DNA of 10,594 nt, from assembly GCA_049967655.1 (NCBI GenBank), contig JBMFSH010000064.1, positions 1 through 10,594 of the forward strand, given 5' to 3'. This stretch comes from Acidobacteriota bacterium (GTDB lineage Bacteria; Acidobacteriota; UBA4820; DSQY01). The notes beneath the pieces are model-generated. The model saw nothing but the letters and a program-made list of their open reading frames with translations. It was not told where the DNA came from and ran no database searches. A program made the translations under genes and the position numbers. Below, one piece after another: positions 8,381-10,594 of the stretch (positions within the stretch are counted from its first letter, which is position 1; each line of letters begins with the position of its first letter).

Positions 8381-9454
8381 TTGCTGGAGGACGAGGCAGC
8401 TCCAGGGGCGGGACCAGTGGACCTTGCCGGCGAGGTAGTCGCGCCAGAGGGCGCGCAGGGCGACGGGGTCGAAGGGAGCCTCGCGGCTGGAGACCCCATC
8501 CATCAAGCGCTCTTCGAACCAGCTTCTCCACGGCCCCCTCATCCAGCGGTCGAAGGGGAAGGTGAAGCCCATCTTGGGCCGGTGGGTGCAGAGCCTGGGC
8601 AGAGGCGAGGCGAGGGAGTCGAGGAGCAGGCCCTTGGCGGGGCCCTGGAGGAAGAGCCGGGGCTCGATCTGGAAGATGGCCTCGACCAGCTTGTGGTCGA
8701 TCAGCGGGACGCGGATCTCCAGGGAGTGGGCCATGCCGAAGACGTCGCTGTCCCTGAGGAGCTGGTTGAGCATGTAGGCGCGCAGCTCCATGGCGACGGT
8801 GGCGTGCAGGGCGTCCCAGGAGGAGGCGGGCCTCCGCAGGGAGGGAAGCGAGCGCCCGCCGCCGTCGTAGGGGGCCATGGGCGACCAGGCCTCGCCGAGG
8901 AGGGCCGCCGCGTCGCGGAGGAGCGGGCGCAGGAGCTCCACGGCCTCGCCGCGGCGGTGGATCGTGGGTGCGGCCTCGGGCAGGCTCCAGTAGGCGCCGG
9001 CGCGGAGGATGCCCTCCCTCCAGAGCGCCCAGGTGCCGGGCGGCAGGGCCTCGACCCCCTCCATGAGGCTCTGCGGCTCGGGCACGCTGCCCCAGGCGAG
9101 GAAGGCGGCCAGGGCCTTCGGCTCGACGCGCGACGGCCCGCCGGGCAGGGCCCTGAGGGCCTTCACCTCGGAGGCAAAGGCGAGGCCGCCGGGAAAGCGC
9201 CAGAGGTAGAGCGGCTTGATGCCCATGCGGTCGCGGGCCAAAAAGAGGCTCTTCTCGCGCCGGTCCCAGATGGCGATGGCGAACATGCCGCGCCACTCCG
9301 AGAGGCCCTCGGGGCCCTTGCGGGCGTAGTGTTCGAGCAGGACCTCCGTGTCGCTGGCGGAGCGGAAGAGCGCGCCTTCGGGCTCCAGGTCGGCGCGCAG
9401 GGCGGCGAAGTTGTAAACCTCGCCGTTGTAGGTCGCCACGTAGCGGCCGTCGGC
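8342..9454 (-). pseudogene. asnB: Asparagine synthase (glutamine-hydrolysing)-like amidotransferase remnant, N-terminally truncated and internally deleted
   Basis: Retains DGRYVATYNGEVYN, SDTEV, GMFAIAIWD, ARDRMGIKPLY, FASEVKAL, MAHSLEIRVPLID and KMGF. Lacks the N-terminal MCG catalytic Cys (upstream in-frame TAG at 9461-9463) and the central SGGLDS and GxGGDE motifs. Confidence 0.85.
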
Positions 9455-9576
9455 CGGCCGCTACGGTGAATGAGGGCCTTCGATGCGGCCGGCGTAGGAC
9501 CGGGCATCATTGTTTCGTGTCCGTAGGGGCGGCCGCCTCTGGCCGCCCGGGGTCCGCCGACTTCCGTCGGCCGCTA
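9439..9576. repeat. REP mosaic F
   Basis: 11-bp inverted repeat 9439-9465, decayed tail GGTGAATGAGG, GTAGGGGCGGCC hairpin 9522-9547 and single REP 9556-9576. Confidence 0.8.
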
Positions 9577-10416
9577 AAGGGGTTGGTAGCGGCGGATGAG
9601 GAGGATGGTGAGCCCTCGCCGGGGTGGGAGGCCCTGGGTGAAGAGGAGGACGCTCTCGGGCTTCTGGCCGGGCTGGGTCATGAGCGCGGGAAGGCGCCAG
9701 CGGCCGGGGCCTTCGGGCTCGGCGGTCAGGTACCTCCCGCCCTCCTTGACCCAGCAGGGGCCGGAGGGGGCGCTCGCGCACTCCAGGGTCATGCTGGCGG
9801 GAAAGGGCGGGCGGTTGCTGGCCCGCATGGGCAGCTCCAGCCGCCAGGTGAAGCTGCTCGTGGGCCAGTCGGGCTTGGACTCCAGGTAGACCCCGTCCAC
9901 CTGGGCCTGGCCGGTGAGGGCTTTCCACCCGTCCCAGAGGGGCCAGAGGCCCCGCCACTCGGCCTCGGGCGCGGTCTCCCAGAAGGAGTTCCCGTCGGGC
10001 CGGGTGAGGTGGTAGACGAATTCGGAGGGGGCCGCCGAAGAGGCGTTGAGCACGAAATCCTCCACGGCCGAGGCGTCGCGGGTGAAGTCGTCACCCAGCA
10101 GGGCGAAGGCTTCAAGGAAGGGCCAGGCCTGCTGGGGCCGCCGGCGCCACAGCGCCTCGCCCGCGAGGCCCATGCGCTCTCGGATGCGGTGGGCGGCGGG
10201 GTTGTTCCCCTCGTAGAGGGCCCGGTCGTAGGCCGCGCGGAAGTCCACCAGGGCGCGCCCTTCGCGGCCCGCGGCCAGCTCGTCCTCGGCGGAGGCCAGT
10301 ACGGCGAAGGAGCCCCGCGAGAAGGCGTTGTAGCGCGGCGCGCTGCCGGGCAGGTGGACCGCCACCGCGAGACCGGCGAGCAGGAGGAGCCCCGCGGGCG
10401 GGAGCCAGCGCCTCAC
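9574..10416 (-). CDS. Hypothetical protein with N-terminal signal or membrane anchor, about 280 aa
   Basis: Long ORF with high-GC codon usage and an RRW-hydrophobic N-terminus. GGAG lies 5 nt before GTG 10416 (alternative start 10428). No family recognised. Confidence 0.7.
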   Translation of the reverse strand: MRRWLPPAGLLLLAGLAVAVHLPGSAPRYNAFSRGSFAVLASAEDELAAGREGRALVDFRAAYDRALYEGNNPAAHRIRERMGLAGEALWRRRPQQAWPFLEAFALLGDDFTRDASAVEDFVLNASSAAPSEFVYHLTRPDGNSFWETAPEAEWRGLWPLWDGWKALTGQAQVDGVYLESKPDWPTSSFTWRLELPMRASNRPPFPASMTLECASAPSGPCWVKEGGRYLTAEPEGPGRWRLPALMTQPGQKPESVLLFTQGLPPRRGLTILLIRRYQPL

Positions 10417-10594
10417 GAGGGCTCCCACGCGAGGGCCGACGGCGCCCCGCGCTCGGGGGTCCGGCTCTTAACTCTCGCGCCGTTGGCGACGCCCGCCCCG
10501 TCAAGGCCGTTGCTCTTCCCCAATCCCGCGATGGAGGAGGGGAATAGCCGTGGAAGGCGCGACAGATCACGCACGGTGGAAAAGGGTGTCATAC

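Noticed and set aside
8026..8499. 158-aa N-terminal extension of the dehydrogenase ORF (603 aa in the track)
   Set aside because: It runs through heptamer arrays, REP mosaic E and the asnB remnant. Family similarity and an RBS begin at ATG 8025.
10413..10592. Open minus-strand frame from the right edge ending in a GTGA overlap with the hypothetical gene
   Set aside because: Only 59 codons are visible, codon usage is atypical for this genome and no motif was recognised. It cannot be supported without the adjacent sequence.

Overview
High-GC bacterial window in which every credible gene lies on the minus strand. It is part of a surface-polysaccharide locus, read right to left: a hypothetical membrane-anchored or secreted protein, a decayed asnB-type amidotransferase, a WbpA/WecC-family UDP-sugar dehydrogenase, fcl, a four-helix-bundle gene broken by an in-frame TAG, gmd and a wzm-type ABC-2 permease. 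Between the dehydrogenase and fcl lie three small accessory units: a YefM-YoeB toxin-antitoxin pair, a coiled-coil orphan and an MntA-HepT pair. Each is delimited by mosaics of GTAG/GTGG-type REP-like palindromes whose modules occur in shuffled order. The same repeats supply TAG stop codons to three ORFs and sit at both broken ends of the asnB remnant. Separately, gene junctions carry 7-nt tandem arrays with a consistent polarity: purine-rich after stops and pyrimidine-rich before starts. The clearest case is a complementary pair bracketing the four-helix-bundle gene that could loop it out of the mRNA. No transposase, integrase, reverse transcriptase, RNA gene or CRISPR array was seen. All calls come from manual motif recognition, with no database searches.
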